From Camelus dromedarius (lineage: Eukaryota): 64,000 bases of DNA. The position numbers were made by a program, and so were the translations under genes. Shown piece after piece: positions 26,057-38,740 of this stretch; the stretch's first letter is position 1, and every line of letters begins with the position of its first letter. The stretch lies in contig NC_087436.1 of assembly GCF_036321535.1 (NCBI RefSeq), positions 21,516,001 through 21,580,000 on the forward strand. The letters are read 5' to 3'. A model generated the notes under the pieces. That model made no database searches. It worked only from the letters and a program-made list of their open reading frames with translations, and was not told the origin of the DNA.

Positions 26057-28095
26057 GTAAGTGCATTTATTTAAATCGAGCGAGCACCTTGGGCATGTTC
26101 ATTTTTTACAGTTCATTAATTACAGGAGTGCAAATACTTTTATCTAGTGTTCACTGTATTTTAAAAAATAAATAGACTTTATTATGGTATAGTGTGCATA
26201 TAATAAAATATGCCTATTTAAAGTACAATCCACCATATTTAGATAAATGTATGTACTCACCACCTCCACAGCCAAGACATGGAATATTGTCATCACCCTC
26301 AAAAGCTACTTCATAGTCTTTTGCAATTACCAGGACTTAGTATTTCAGACTTTTTAATGTTAGTCAATTTAATGGAGATGTAGCAGTATCTTATTGTGGT
26401 TCTAATTTGCATTTTATTGGTAGTTAATAATATTGACCATCTTTTCAAGTGCTTTTTTGCCATTCATATATTTTCTTTGGTGAAGTGTTGTTAACGTATT
26501 TATGTTGGGTTATTAGTTTTCTTCTTATTCAGTTAATGTGAGTTCTGTATATGTTCTGGATACAGATCCTTTATCAGATAAATGTTTTGCAAATACTTTC
26601 CCCAGTGTGTGGCTTGCCTTTCTACTTTCCTAAAAGTGTTTTTTGAAAAAGCAAAAATTTTAAATTTTAATGAAGTCTGATTTATCAATTCTTTTCTTTT
26701 CTGATTTGTATTTTTGGGGAATCTATGTAAGAAATCTTTGCCCATTGCATGGTCACAATGATTTACTCCTATGTTTTCTTCTAGAAGTTTTATATTTTTT
26801 GCTATTACATTGAAATCTATGAACTATTTTGAGTTAATTTCTATGTGGTATGAGGCAATGAATGAGGCTTATTTTTGTCCATATGAATATGGATATTTAA
26901 TTGTTCAGCACTATTTATGCATGAGAGTATTTTATGCCCCTTAAGTTAGACTTAGATGGCTGTAGAGAATCACTTGACTCTATGTATGTGTGTTTCTGGA
27001 CTCTGTCTTGTTCCAGTAATGTACACATCTAGTCTTGCACCAGTACCGCAATTTCCTGCTTATTACAGCTTTACTGTTTGGCCTGAGAGCAGAGAGTGTA
27101 CGCTTTCTAAATTTTTCCTTTTTGGGCGCTATGCTAGGTCTTTATCTTTTGATATAAATTTTAGAGTTAGCTTGTTAAAAATATCTCCTGGAATGATTTA
27201 CTGGTACTACACAGAATTTATTGACAGTTTTGTAGAAAACTGATATCTGAAAAATCTTCTGATCCATGAATATGGGGTGTTAATCCATTTGTTTTAGACT
27301 GTCTTCAATCTCTCTCCACAATGTTTTATAGTTTCCAGTACAAGGGTCTTGCATGTATTTTTCAAATTTATATCTAAGTATTTTATGTTTTTGGATGCTA
27401 TTGTAAATTGTCTAGTTTTTATTTTCTGATTGTTTCCAGTATACTGAAATTAAATTAATTTTTCATATTGATTGTTTATTCTTCTACCTGGCTAAATATA
27501 TTTGCTAGTTCTAACAGTTTTCTTTTAGAATCCTTAGAATTTTCTTCATAGACTACCGTATCACCTATGAATAAAGACAGTTTTACTTGTTTCTTTTAGT
27601 TATTATCCCCTTTGCTCACTTATTTTCATTTTATTGTACTGGCTAGGAAAAAATTAGAGGGAAAGCATTCCATTTTTACCATCAAGTGACATTTTAGCTA
27701 TAAATTTTTCACTGATGTCCTTTATCAGGTTAATGAAATTTCCTTTAATTCTCAATTTATTGAGAGCTCTTATCACAAATGGGTGGCGAATTTTCATCAA
27801 ATGCTTTTTCTGCATCTATTGAGACAAACCATATGGCTTTTCTCTTTTATTATGTTATTGTGAAGAATTACCTTGATTGATTTATAAATAGTAAATCAAT
27901 CTTGTATTCCTAAAATAGAATCCACAATCTTATGCGGTATTATCCTTTTCCTCTATTGCTGGATTCTTTTTGTTAATATTTTAAAAGAAATTTTGTATCT
28001 ATATTCATGAGAAATATGTCCATAATTTTCTTGTGATTTCTTTGCTTTGGGGATCAAGATAATACTGACCTCATAGTGTTGAATGAGTTGGGAAG

Positions 28096-28630
28096 TGTAC
28101 TGGGGATCCCCAAGACCATCTTCAGGCTTGATGATTCTCTAGAAGGCTCACAGAACTCAGAAAACTATTATACTCATGATTGCACTCAATTACAGTGAAA
28201 AGATACAGATTAAATTCAGCTAAGGAAAAGGTACATGGGTTGAAGTCTTGGAGAAACCAGGCTCAAGCTTCCAGGGATCCTCTCCTAGTGGAGTCACATG
28301 ATGTCCTTAATTCTCCTAGTAATGATGTGTGACAACATGTATGTTACCAGCCAGGGAGTTCACCTGAGTATTGGTGCTCAGACTACAGAGCTTTAGAGCA
28401 AAAACAGGTGTCCATCATAAATCACATTCGCTTGAACTACTTGATCAAACTGGTATCATGTGGCCCAAGGCCCCAGGCATACGAAAACTTTCTTATCAGT
28501 CAGAATATCAGAAGGGTTTAGGGCGCATATCCCAGAAGCTGGCTAAGGGCCAGTACTGGAGGAAGGACATTCTTGAGAATGTGCAGGATTTGAACCACCC
28601 AGGCCTGCTGGGTTAACCCTTTCCTGCACA
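28096..28630 (-). mobile_element. ERVL solo LTR (MER21-like)
   Basis: tgtactggggatccccaagacc...ggttaaccctttcctgcaca; 5-bp TSD GGAAG / GGATG. Confidence 0.8.
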
Positions 28631-28921
28631 GGATGTATATTTGTAGCCTCTGTTTTCTGAAAGAGTATATGTAAGATTGTTCTTATTTCTTATTAAATGT
28701 TGACTATAACTTACCAGTGAGGCCATCTGGAATTCAGATGTTCTTTGTGGAAAGATCTTTAGTTAAAAATGCAAAATTTTAGTTGATGTAGTACTATTTA
28801 TGTTGTCTATTTTTTTCTTGTGTCTTCTTTGTAACTTGTATCTTTCAAGAAATTTGTCTATTTAATTTAGTCTTTAATTTTTTTGGCACCAACAAATTTT
28901 TAATAATATTCCTTCATTAGG

Positions 28922-29366
28922 TGTGGGAGTTTGAAAATAGTCCCCCAAAGATACATCCATATCCTAATCCCTGAAACATGTAGATGTTACTTTGGGAAAA
29001 GTTAAGTTGTAATTAAATTAAGGACTTTTAGATGAGGAGAACACCCAGGATTATTCAGGTAGGGCCTAAATGCCATCTCAGTGTCCTTATAAGAGAGAGG
29101 CCGATTAGAAAGTTACACAGAGGAGACACCGATGTGAAGATGGAGGCAGAATTTGGAGTAATGCAGCCACAGACAAGGAACACCAGGGAATGCTGACTGC
29201 TACCAGAAGCTACAAGAAACAAGGGGTTCTCTCAGAGCCTCCGTGGGGATGTAGCCCTGCTGACACCTTGATTTGAGACTTCTTGCCTCCAGAACTGTGA
29301 GATAATACATTTCTTGTGCTATAAAGTTTGTAACAATTTTTCCCAACAGCCTCAGGAAACTAATAC
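28922..29366 (+). mobile_element. MaLR solo LTR (MLT1C-like)
   Basis: tcccccaaagatacatccatatcctaatccctg...gcctccagaactgtgagataatacatttc...caggaaactaatac. Confidence 0.85.
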
Positions 29367-30931
29367 TTTCATTTTTTATGGTCTATAATAACTGTAGCAG
29401 TATTGAAATTGGTAATTTGTGTCTTCCACTTTTTTCCTCTTGAACATTTTGGGTAGAAGTTTATCAGTTTTATTGATCTTAAGCTTTTATTGGTTTCTCT
29501 CTTGCTTGTCTAATTTATATTTCATTTATTTCTGCTCTTATCTTTATTATTTTATTCCTTTTGCTGGGTTTTAATTTTCTCTTTTTTTGCCTAGCTTCTT
29601 AAAATGGAATCTTAAATCATTGAGTTTGCCTCTTTTTTTTTCCTAATATAGGTATTTAAATTTATAAATTTCCCTCTGAACACTGCTCTAGAACCAACCC
29701 ACAAAATTTGATGTGTTATATTTTTATCATCCAATTAACAATGTTTTAATGTTTTCTAATTTCTTTTATGACCAGTGGGTTCTTTAGAAGAAGTTTGCTC
29801 GAGGCCAACTTCAGCCAAAAAAGCCACAAATTTAATCCTTATCCATAATAGTAGCATCTCCATTTGTTTCTGTGAGCTTTTGGTTTTCAATGTCTACAAA
29901 TAGTTACTTTTAAAACATTCGATCCACTTTTTATAATTACTATGTGCAAGAGGCTTTGCTCAACCACTTCATGGTGTGGAGGCAATAAAGAAAGGCCTTT
30001 TATTAGACATCCTATCCACTGCATTTTAATTGCCTCTTTTTATGCTTGTTATGCCTTTATTTCACTGTAAGCTCTTGGAATGTGGAGACTGTATGATATT
30101 CCACATTGCATCCTCAGCACCTAGAGCAATCCCTGGCACAAAGCAGTCCCTCCATAAATATTTGTTAACTAAATTAATAAAATTCTAGTAATGGGTCTCA
30201 CCTGACATCTTCAGAAGCATGGCAGGATCATTGTTACGTATGCCCAGAAGGATGCACGATTATTAGAATTATGTGAAGGAATTTCAAATATGCAAGCAAT
30301 ATGTAAATAAGGAGTCCATTAAAGGTGAAGCCATGGTTTAGTGGGAGGGGAGATGGGATGTCAAGGCAGGTGAGGCTGAGCAGATTAGGAAATGACTATG
30401 ATAAAACCCCAGGCAGAGAGATCATTGGGAGTCTCCTCATTAACACGTTCAGGAAGCCTAAATTTGTGATCACAGTGAATATAAGAATACTAAAGTGATC
30501 TTTGTTTCTCTGGGAACAGAAACAGAAGATAATTACTATTTAAAAAGGCAAATAAACAACACCTCTGTATTCATGGTTGTCAAAGAGAAGCTTACATATA
30601 TATTAAAATATTTATGCTCTTTTCACCACTCTAACACTATCAAACCTTATTACTTGTACTGGTTTCGAAATAGTGATAAAGCAAGACTAAAATGGCTTTA
30701 TTTATTTATTTTTGAATGTATCCTCAAGATATTTTTATCTTAGTCAAGGACTAATTTAAAAGCATATTATCTGGCGTGGGAGTGGTATGAAATAAAGAGA
30801 AGACTAAAGTTTCTATTTGTTGAGTTAAATACTAAAAATATATACTACAGTTATGGCTTATAGAAATGTAAAAAGAAAATAAATAACTAAGGGAAAGAAA
30901 GGAAGAAATTCTGCACAAGAAGAAGAAAGAA

Positions 30932-31823
30932 GATGGCCAACAGACACAAGGAAAGATGCTCAACAGTGCTATTTATTACATAAATGCAAATCAAAACTAT
31001 AGTGAGGTACCGCCTCACACTGGTCAGAATGGCCATCAAAAAGTCTACAAATAATAAATGCTGGAGAGGGTGCAGAGAAAAGGGAACCCTCCTACACTGT
31101 TGGTGGGAATGTAAGTTGGTGCAGCCACTATGGAGAACAATATGGAGTTTCCTTAAAAAAACTAAAAATAGACTTACCATATGATCCAGCAATCCCACTC
31201 CTGGACATATATCCAGAAAAGACAAAAACTCTGATTTGGAAAGATACATGCACCCCAATGTTCATAGTAGCACTATTTATAATAAGTAAAATAGATACAG
31301 AAGCAACCTTAAAGGTCCATCTACAGATGACTGGATAAAGAAGATGTGTTATAAATATACAACTGAATTATACTCAGCCATAAAATAGAATAAAATAATG
31401 CCATTTGCAGCAACATGGATGGACCTGGAGATTGTCATCCTAAGTGAAGTAAGTCAGACAGAAAAAGACAAATATCCTATGATATCACTTATATGTGGAA
31501 TCTAAAAAAAAATGATACAAATGAACTTATTTACAAAACAGAGACTCACAGACATAGAAAACAAAACTTATGGTTACCAAAGGGGAAGGGAGGGTGGGAT
31601 AAATTGGGAATTTGGGATTAACAGATACATACTACTATGTATAAAATAGATAAATAACAAGGTCCTACTGTACAGCACAGGGAACTATATTTAATATCTT
31701 GTAATAACCTATAATGGAAAAGAATCTGAAAAAGAATATTTGGATCTATCTGTCTAGATCTGTAACTGAGTCACTTTGCTATATACCTGAAACATTATAA
31801 ATCAACTATACTTCAGTTAAAAA
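30932..31823 (+). mobile_element. Young 5'-truncated artiodactyl/camelid L1: ORF2 C-terminus plus 3' UTR
   Basis: ORF 30984-31184 ([50 protein letters not shown]) is the L1 ORF2 Cys-rich domain; tail tacagcacagggaactatat...actatacttc. Confidence 0.95.
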
Positions 31824-32037
31824 TATGTCAGCAGGGTGGGGGAAAATACCAAACTTTTTAGTAATTTATGAAGTATCTGGAAGTAGTATTTCTTTTTTTA
31901 TTGATGTAAACCCTTTCGATATTTGGGGTAGTTCTTTTTATTATGGGTAAGATCATATTTAGGTGTACATAACAAAAGTCTTGTTTTACAAAATAAAAAT
32001 TTTAAATGTTAGCCAAAAAAAAAAAAAAAAAAAAAAA
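31824..32037 (+). other. L1 3'-transduced unique sequence with AATAAA and A23 tail
   Basis: About 190 nt of non-L1 sequence, AATAAA at 31992-31997, poly(A) at 32015-32037, degenerate TSD 30917-30931 / 32033-32047. Confidence 0.7.
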
Positions 32038-32546
32038 GGAGGAAGAATAGGAATGCTAGAAATGCTTGCAGGGGGACAGACTTTCATCTCGAATGGGCCG
32101 GTTAGGTAACGTTACTGGTAATTCTGGCTGAACAGAGACTGAGTGGATGCAGAGTGTACCTCTGTCTAAAAGGGCGGAAGATACTCAGTAAAAGTTCATT
32201 GTCCATATGGGACCAGAGCCTTGTGTTACTAGGTTATTAATTTGTTTTCAATTCTGCTGCTGCTTTTGGACATTCTTCAAAAGTTCCACATAATTCTCTT
32301 TTGCTCTAATTTCCAGTTTATACCTAGCCTGGCATCCTTTCTGAGTTTCCCTGCTCTCTTTAACTAAACCACATTTCTAGTTTTTGAAAGATTCCTTTCT
32401 TTCCTCTTTTCCCTCCTTTTCTCTCCCCATTCTTCCCTCCTGCCCTACTTCCCTTTCTTCATTCTTTCCTTTTAAATAATTCTTTCTCAAATAGCTCTCT
32501 TAAATTGGAAAAATCTCCTTCCACAATCCTTTAACCTTGCCTAGGG

Positions 32547-32566
32547 ACACACACACACACACACAC
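32547..32566 (+). repeat. (AC)10 microsatellite
   Basis: acacacacacacacacacac. Confidence 0.95.
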
Positions 32567-33622
32567 GTGCATGCACAGCTTGACATTTTAAGATCTGACA
32601 TACATTTATCTTGGGTTTTCAATGAAGTGTTCACAAATGCTTTCCAGCTTCCTGTAGGTTATTGAATTTTTAAATGTTATCATTCAATATCCCCCTAACT
32701 AATCTCCACAGATTTTTCAAGTTCTTTTCCTAAAATTGAATAACTGGGATGGATTTTTCTTTTGTTTTGCTTTCTCTCTTCCACTGGCATGCTCAATTTA
32801 ATTGGCATTATCACAGACATTTATCAAGGGCTGCACTGTAAGGCACTGTGCAAGCGGGTGGGGACCCAAAGAATATGGCATGCTTCTCTAGTTGCTTATA
32901 ATCATGATGGGGAGACAAGATATTGCATGAAAAGCTAAATAAGGATAGACTGTCATATATGCTAGGTAACAGAAAGGTAATATAAACAAGTACTGCAGGA
33001 ATTCAGTGACAGGAACAGTTACTATGGCCTGGGATAGTCAGAGAAAGAAGGGTAGAAGTGAGCACTCATTTAATGTTTATTTTGTCTCGGTATTTCCCAT
33101 GTGCCATTTCCCATTATTTAGTTATTTCAAGATACTGGTGAGGTTTATAATGTCATTTCTTTTCAAAATAGTGAAACTAAGACTCCGAGTGGTCAAAAAC
33201 GGTATTTCCAAGAACACAGAGATAGTAAATTGCAACCCAGGATTTGAGATGAATAGTTATAACTTGTTTGAGAAGTAAAGAAGTGAAGAGCCTGGGAGAA
33301 GTGGAGAGTTCTTACGAGGTGTAGGAGAGAGAAAAGTTTTAATGTTAAAGGTCAGATCAGGTAATGCTTTGAAAGCTAGCTTCTCAGTGTGTACTTAATA
33401 TATTCTAGAGGATTGTTTTAACATAGTCAAATATTACATGTTACTTTAGAAAGGTAACATATCTTCTAAAATTCTCTTGTTTTAGAAGATATCTTTTAGG
33501 TATCTTTTTGTCTGGTAAAACCTGTTTATACTACAGAAATACTGGTGTAAGTGTGCAAAAGTATATCTAGAAGGTGTTTATGATAGCCTTGTGTTTAATA
33601 GTGAAAAAAATGAAATTAACCT

Positions 33623-33994
33623 ATGTGAGAGAGACTGGCTAGATTCTCATCAAATCTTCTTGTACTTCCTACACACAAATTCGAACAAATTTTCCAGCCT
33701 TCTTCATGGGCTGTAAGACTAGTTCTTGCCAGTAGAACATGAGTAGGAGAAATAAAGCACTTCTGTCCGTGACAGTGAAGAGTTATGTGTCTTCACACTT
33801 TCTCTCTCTTCCTTCTGTCTGCTGGGTGACCTTAAAGAAGGAAGGAACCTGATACCCAAAGGACCATGTGAATGAGAACACCACCTACTGACCCACTGGG
33901 CTGTGACCTGAGTTCAGCCATAACCTTCACTGAGTTGAACTGTTGAAGTTTCAGTCTTGTTTGTTATAGCTCTTAGCCTATCTAATTAATAACA
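33623..33994 (+). mobile_element. MaLR LTR (MLT1I/J-like)
   Basis: tgtgagagagactggctag...ttttccagccttc...tgtttgttatagctcttagcctatctaattaataaca. Confidence 0.65.
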
Positions 33995-34039
33995 TCTGAT
34001 GTACATCTAGGGGAATGAATTAGTAACTTGTGGTTCTTC

Positions 34040-34787
34040 TGTAACTGAGAAGGACCCTATGGGGCCTTCCAGGGACAGAGCCCCCCTCCCCACTCCACCA
34101 CGACCTCTGCCTGACTCTTGTCTGTAGAAAAGCTTTAGCCTCCTATCCCTTTCCTTAGTTCCAAAGAATACATTTAATCAGAGAAGTGAAAAAATGCAGA
34201 AGCAAAGGAAAACAGTCAAACAAGACAAAGGAATACGAGTTTAGCCATTAACCAAAGTCAAGGACCTTTAGTTTCTCCTCAAGGGCTATAGATAATATTC
34301 TTAGCCATGTCCTTTGAGCTATTTTTCAGATACTGAAACTCCTACTAGGTGGAAGAAGTTAACTACATGATGACCAGACTATAGTTATGAAATAAGCTGC
34401 TCCATCTTGCACAATTCCAAGAATTAGCCTCAGGGAAGCAGGAGCAAGCTGACCCTGGAATTAAGAATTAACTGTACTTTAAAAATCAAGATGATGCTGA
34501 TCAGGCCACCACATGACCAATTTCAAGATAATTGTCGAAGCTGACTGTGCTCTTCTGCACATAACACGCCCCCTTGGCCACCCCTGCCCCAAGCCTGTAC
34601 ACCTCTGAAACTCTTTTTTAAAAGCTCTTGCCCCTTGATTGGTAATGGAGAGTTGGTCCTTCGGGACATGCGTCCACCTTCTCCCCAGGATTGCTGGCCT
34701 CCTCAATAAAGCTACCTTTCCTTTACCCAACACTCTCTCAGTATTGGATTCCTGGGCTATGAGCGGCTGAACCTGAGTTTGGTAACA
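34040..34787 (+). mobile_element. Lineage-specific ERV1 solo LTR, 748 bp
   Basis: TGTAAC...GTAACA termini; perfect 4-bp TSD CTTC (34036-34039 / 34788-34791); AATAAA at 34705-34710. Confidence 0.9.
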
Positions 34788-35290
34788 CTTCTATATTATG
34801 GATTGCTATGTGGCCAGTTAAAAGAATTGGGCAGATTTTTGGTACCATCATAAAAAACACCTCCAGGCTATGTTGTTAAGTATGAAAGGCATATCACAAA
34901 ATAGTATGTATAATATTCCACTTATGAATACCTACCTTCCTAAGCTCTGTGTTTGCATGTGCTTGTGCACAAACACACAGGGAAATGGTTGAAAGGATAT
35001 TGGGCTTCAACAAGGAGGGCCATCACATTTTTCTCTATGTACTGTAGTATTTGAACTTTTAACAATGAAAATGTATATAAGACTTTCATAAGTGAAAAGA
35101 AAAAGAAAAAGAAATCTGTTCAGACTTTTTTACAGTCTTGTAAGTCTCAATTAAAGTAATAGTTGTAAAAATTCTTAGGCAAAAGTGCTAAATATATATG
35201 AGATTTTCATTATGACAAACCTCTTCAAATATCTATTGTTAAGATGTCTATTTAGATTTTTGATGAAGCTATAATTTTTTTGTAACATAG

Positions 35291-35310
35291 GAACGTTTTA
35301 GAAGTTGCAG
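35291..35310 (+). CDS. Candidate micro-exon 6 (ERFRSCR)
   Basis: Acceptor aattttttttgtaacatag|, weak donor CAG|gttgct; 20 nt; with 36273-36300 it forms a frame-preserving 48 nt pair. Confidence 0.35.
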
Positions 35311-36035
35311 GTTGCTAGGCTATCTTAGCTGCTTAATAAGGAATCACTGTGACTGCAATTTGAGATGCCTCCTGTCCTCTTATGTTTTTTGCTGCACTCA
35401 TTCTCTAATTTTTCTGAAGATAAAATATTGGGAAGAGGAGGAGAGTTCTCTTTCCTTTTAGAGTAGCATAGAAACATTTTCCCAATTAAGTAGAAAGATT
35501 CATAAGTGGGGTGAAGAGGTGCCTACACGGCAGTAATTTTCAGCTCTCTGCTCTGGGAAGAGAGGTCGTAAATAATGAAGGTGTAATACTGTCAAAAGAA
35601 GCAAATAGATATTTCTAGCTGATAAGGAGACCTGAAGGCAAACTGAGCTTGTCTCTAATTAGCTTGAACAAGAATTAGTTCAAAGGCAATCAGAACATTA
35701 GACCAGGGGGTAGCAAGTCTTCATGAGGAGAAACCGGTGGAACCAACATGCTCTGCTTTGGACTGACCTGGGTTTGAGTCTTGATTTAGCCAGCTACATC
35801 ATGTGCAATTTGGCAGAATGAAGTCATGTTTTTCAAATATCTAGGACAGTGTTTGATGCATGCGAGATACTCCATCCATTTTTTTTAAAAAACAAGTTTT
35901 TAAGAACATATTTTTTAAGAAGTACAGCACTTAAAGTAATTATTTCTATATTATTGTTCTGCTGAAAAGCTTTCTGGTTATGAAAGTCATTCTACTGCAT
36001 AGTCAATTTTATTTGGTAGGAAATCTTAGGATCTG

Positions 36036-36172
36036 AGAAGAGGAGGAGGGAGGGAGATAGAGGAGAAGAACAAAAGGAGGAAGAAGATAAAAAATGGAGG
36101 AGGGGAACTGGAGGAGAAGATGGAGGAAGAAGAGGAGGATTGAGTGAAGGAGGACAAGGAGGAGGAGCAGAA
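36036..36172 (+). repeat. GGA/GAA purine-rich low-complexity tract
   Basis: gagaagaggaggagggagggagatagaggagaagaac...gaggaggagcag. Confidence 0.85.
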
Positions 36173-36272
36173 ATATGATTATAGTCACTTTTAGTTATGT
36201 GTCATATGACAAAAAATGTTCTTTTTTTAAATCAATGAGCTAGTCGGATACATTGCTTCCTCTTTTTAACAG

Positions 36273-36300
36273 AATTTTCATGACAGTTTTTACTCCTACA
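36273..36300 (+). CDS. Candidate micro-exon 7 (IFMTVFTPT)
   Basis: Strong acceptor ttgcttcctctttttaacag|, donor ACA|gtaatt; 28 nt; phase 2 to 0. Confidence 0.4.
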
Positions 36301-36589
36301 GTAATTTCCATTGACTGATTAGTTGCTAACTTGTTACCAGAAGTAATCTATCAGTAGTATTATCTTTATTGCTACCTATTTTATTAAAATCTAAGGATTT
36401 TTTATTATAGTGGCATTGATATGATAATCACGTGGAAATATCTATGTGTTAGTTGTTTTCTGCTAGAAAATTTAGAAAAGCTATGGTTCGAATGTATTAG
36501 TATATTGGTAAATAGAAATTATTAAATTATTAAATATTAAATTAGAGTCAAATTATTAAAAGATGAATTTGAAATTTATTTTGTTGCAG

Positions 36590-36639
36590 TTGTTGGTGAG
36601 AGAACATATGGACCTTATAGATCACCGTGAAACTCCACG
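36590..36639 (+). CDS. Candidate micro-exon 8 (LLVREHMDLIDHRETPR)
   Basis: Acceptor aatttattttgttgcag|, donor ACG|gtgtgt; 50 nt; GC/CpG-richer than its flanks; only one frame is open and it is the chain frame. Confidence 0.6.
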
Positions 36640-37849
36640 GTGTGTGATTTGTAGGTTGTACTGATTCTCATTGTTTTCTCAATGTCCAAAAATAAACAGA
36701 GAACATTTTTTGAGTGTATCTTAATGGTAATTGTGACTTTTCCCAATGCTGTTTAAAGTTTTTATGTTTGTTGATTGAAAGTTCAAGAAATTTCTTCATT
36801 CTGCCCAAGTTGATCTTGCAAATGATGGTTACTAGAAGGTGGTTAGATTGTATAACTTTACACTCTTCTTGTAGAGAAGAATACATAATTATTCTTCATT
36901 AGTATAGTGTCAGAAATATTCATATTAATTATTACATTTAAAGATAATATAAATATAGGAAAATTTAAGGAAATGAATCTGAAAGTTCAGTTGAGGACCA
37001 TACTTAGCAACCTTTACTATTAGACACGATTTGGTGTGGAACTTAAATTTCTATCTTAGAGACAAATAATTTCCTTGGTTAAAATCTATCTGCTGGAATA
37101 CAACAATGTCTTTCCACTAACTAGCATGTTGTAGAATGAATAAAGAAAAGAAAATCCACTACCACTCTTACTGTCAATTATTTCCATTGTAAAATGAGGA
37201 TAATAATATCAGCCATATCAGCACATGTTACTGTCAAGCTCAAGTAAGAAAGTGTGTGTGAAAATGTTTTGAAGATGTAAGGCATTGTTATAAGCATTGC
37301 CCAACAGGTATGATGAGAGATGTTTCTCATGGCCTGTTGGAAACTCAGTTCCATTCCCTTTCTTCTAGGATATTCCCTGTATTATAGAAATTGGAAGTCC
37401 GGAAACTAAATTTCTTAGACTCAAGACCAGAAAGATTCTGGGTTAGATTCTGTTAAGGAGAAGCAACTTCATGTGATTTGGAAGATTGAAGACAAGCTTC
37501 TGTCCTCTTGCTACTTCTGCAGCAGAGGGAAGGTGCTTGCATGCATCATCATATTCCCTCAAGTTCTCTCTTAAATGATAATGCCTGCCAACACCGACCC
37601 CCCTTCTGTCCTCAACCCATGGCCTCCAACATCACCCTATTAGTATAAAGCAGACAAAAGGGGTTCAACCATAGTCAAGATTTGTGGATATGATTTGGTT
37701 CCTATTTCTCCTTTTTTGAGACCCGCCTCCTTCTTTTATACCTTGGGTGATTGACAGTGATGCCCCTAAATTACAACACTTGTTTTCAAATTTGGGGATT
37801 TGGGATGTGAACTTCTTCTTTACTCTAAAATAGACAAAGTGGCAAGCAT

Positions 37850-38740
37850 TCAAAATGTGATGTAGTGGGATTATTATAGATATTTAAAATTTTTTTCCTG
37901 TTAATTTCAACATCTTTGTCATATCTGGAACTTTTTCTATGGACTGTTTTCTTCCCCTCCTGGTTAAAAGTCAGATTTTCCTTTGCCTTTATACATCTAG
38001 TAATTTTTTTATTGTATGCTGGACAGTGTTGATGTCACGTTAAGAGTCTAAATTATGTTACCTTTCTCTATAAAGTGTTGATAACTGTTTTGGTAGGAAG
38101 TTAATTTGGTGATGATTCAGTTTGATTCTTCTGAGGCATTGTTTTCAGTTTTGTCTGCAAGGTCTATAATAGCCCCTACATTATGGTTAGATATGCTCCA
38201 CTCCTAAGTTCTGAGGTCACATTGGGAAATGCTTAAAAGGATGTTGAATACTTAGAGAATTATATAAGATACATGGGAGGTCAGAGTGCCAGCATTGTAT
38301 GATCTCTGGATTTTCCATTCAGCTTACAGACTCCTAGCAATTGATCCTTGCAGATACACAGCTAAGGATCTAGACAAAAACTCAAGAGAGCTTCTGCGTA
38401 GATTTATGTGTTTCCCTCTCTGCAAAGCTCCCTCCTCTCTGGCACCCCATCTAGCAAATAACTATTATCTCAGCAAACTCTAACTCTAATGTTTATATTC
38501 TATACCCAGGAAAGCTGATTTAAGCTCTACTTCTCTGTGAGGCAGTTTGCAAGTGTGCCTACAACAAAAGCCAGGGTGAAAGTAGAACCTAACTTATATG
38601 TTTTCTTTGAGTCTAGGATCACAGTCCCACGCTTTCTTCTGTTTAATGTTTAAAAACTTTTACTGCGTATATTTTTCCAGTTTTATTGTTACTGACTGCA
38701 GGAGGATAAATCTGATACTAATTACCTCATTATCGCTGAA
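37850..38740 (-). mobile_element. Ancient L1 5'/ORF1-region fragment
   Basis: catctagtaatttttttattgtatgctggaca...gtatatttttccagttttattgttactgactgcaggaggataaatctg. Confidence 0.6.

Larger units (their letters stand above)
26175..29800 (-). mobile_element. Old L1 (L1MB/ME-like) 3' UTR plus ORF2 with two nested LTRs
   Basis: Antisense ORF2 motifs ttgtggttctaatttgcattt, caaatgctttttctgcatctattgag, ccagtgaggccatctgg. Confidence 0.85.

Noticed and set aside
17085..36639. DPIHG...LLVR resemblance to the SAMHD1 HD-domain N-terminus, and CWNVNAG resemblance to the EEP nuclease WNVNG motif
   Set aside because: Spacing is wrong and the downstream conserved motifs (QRLR..KQLG, RFEHS, HD; LQE) are absent.
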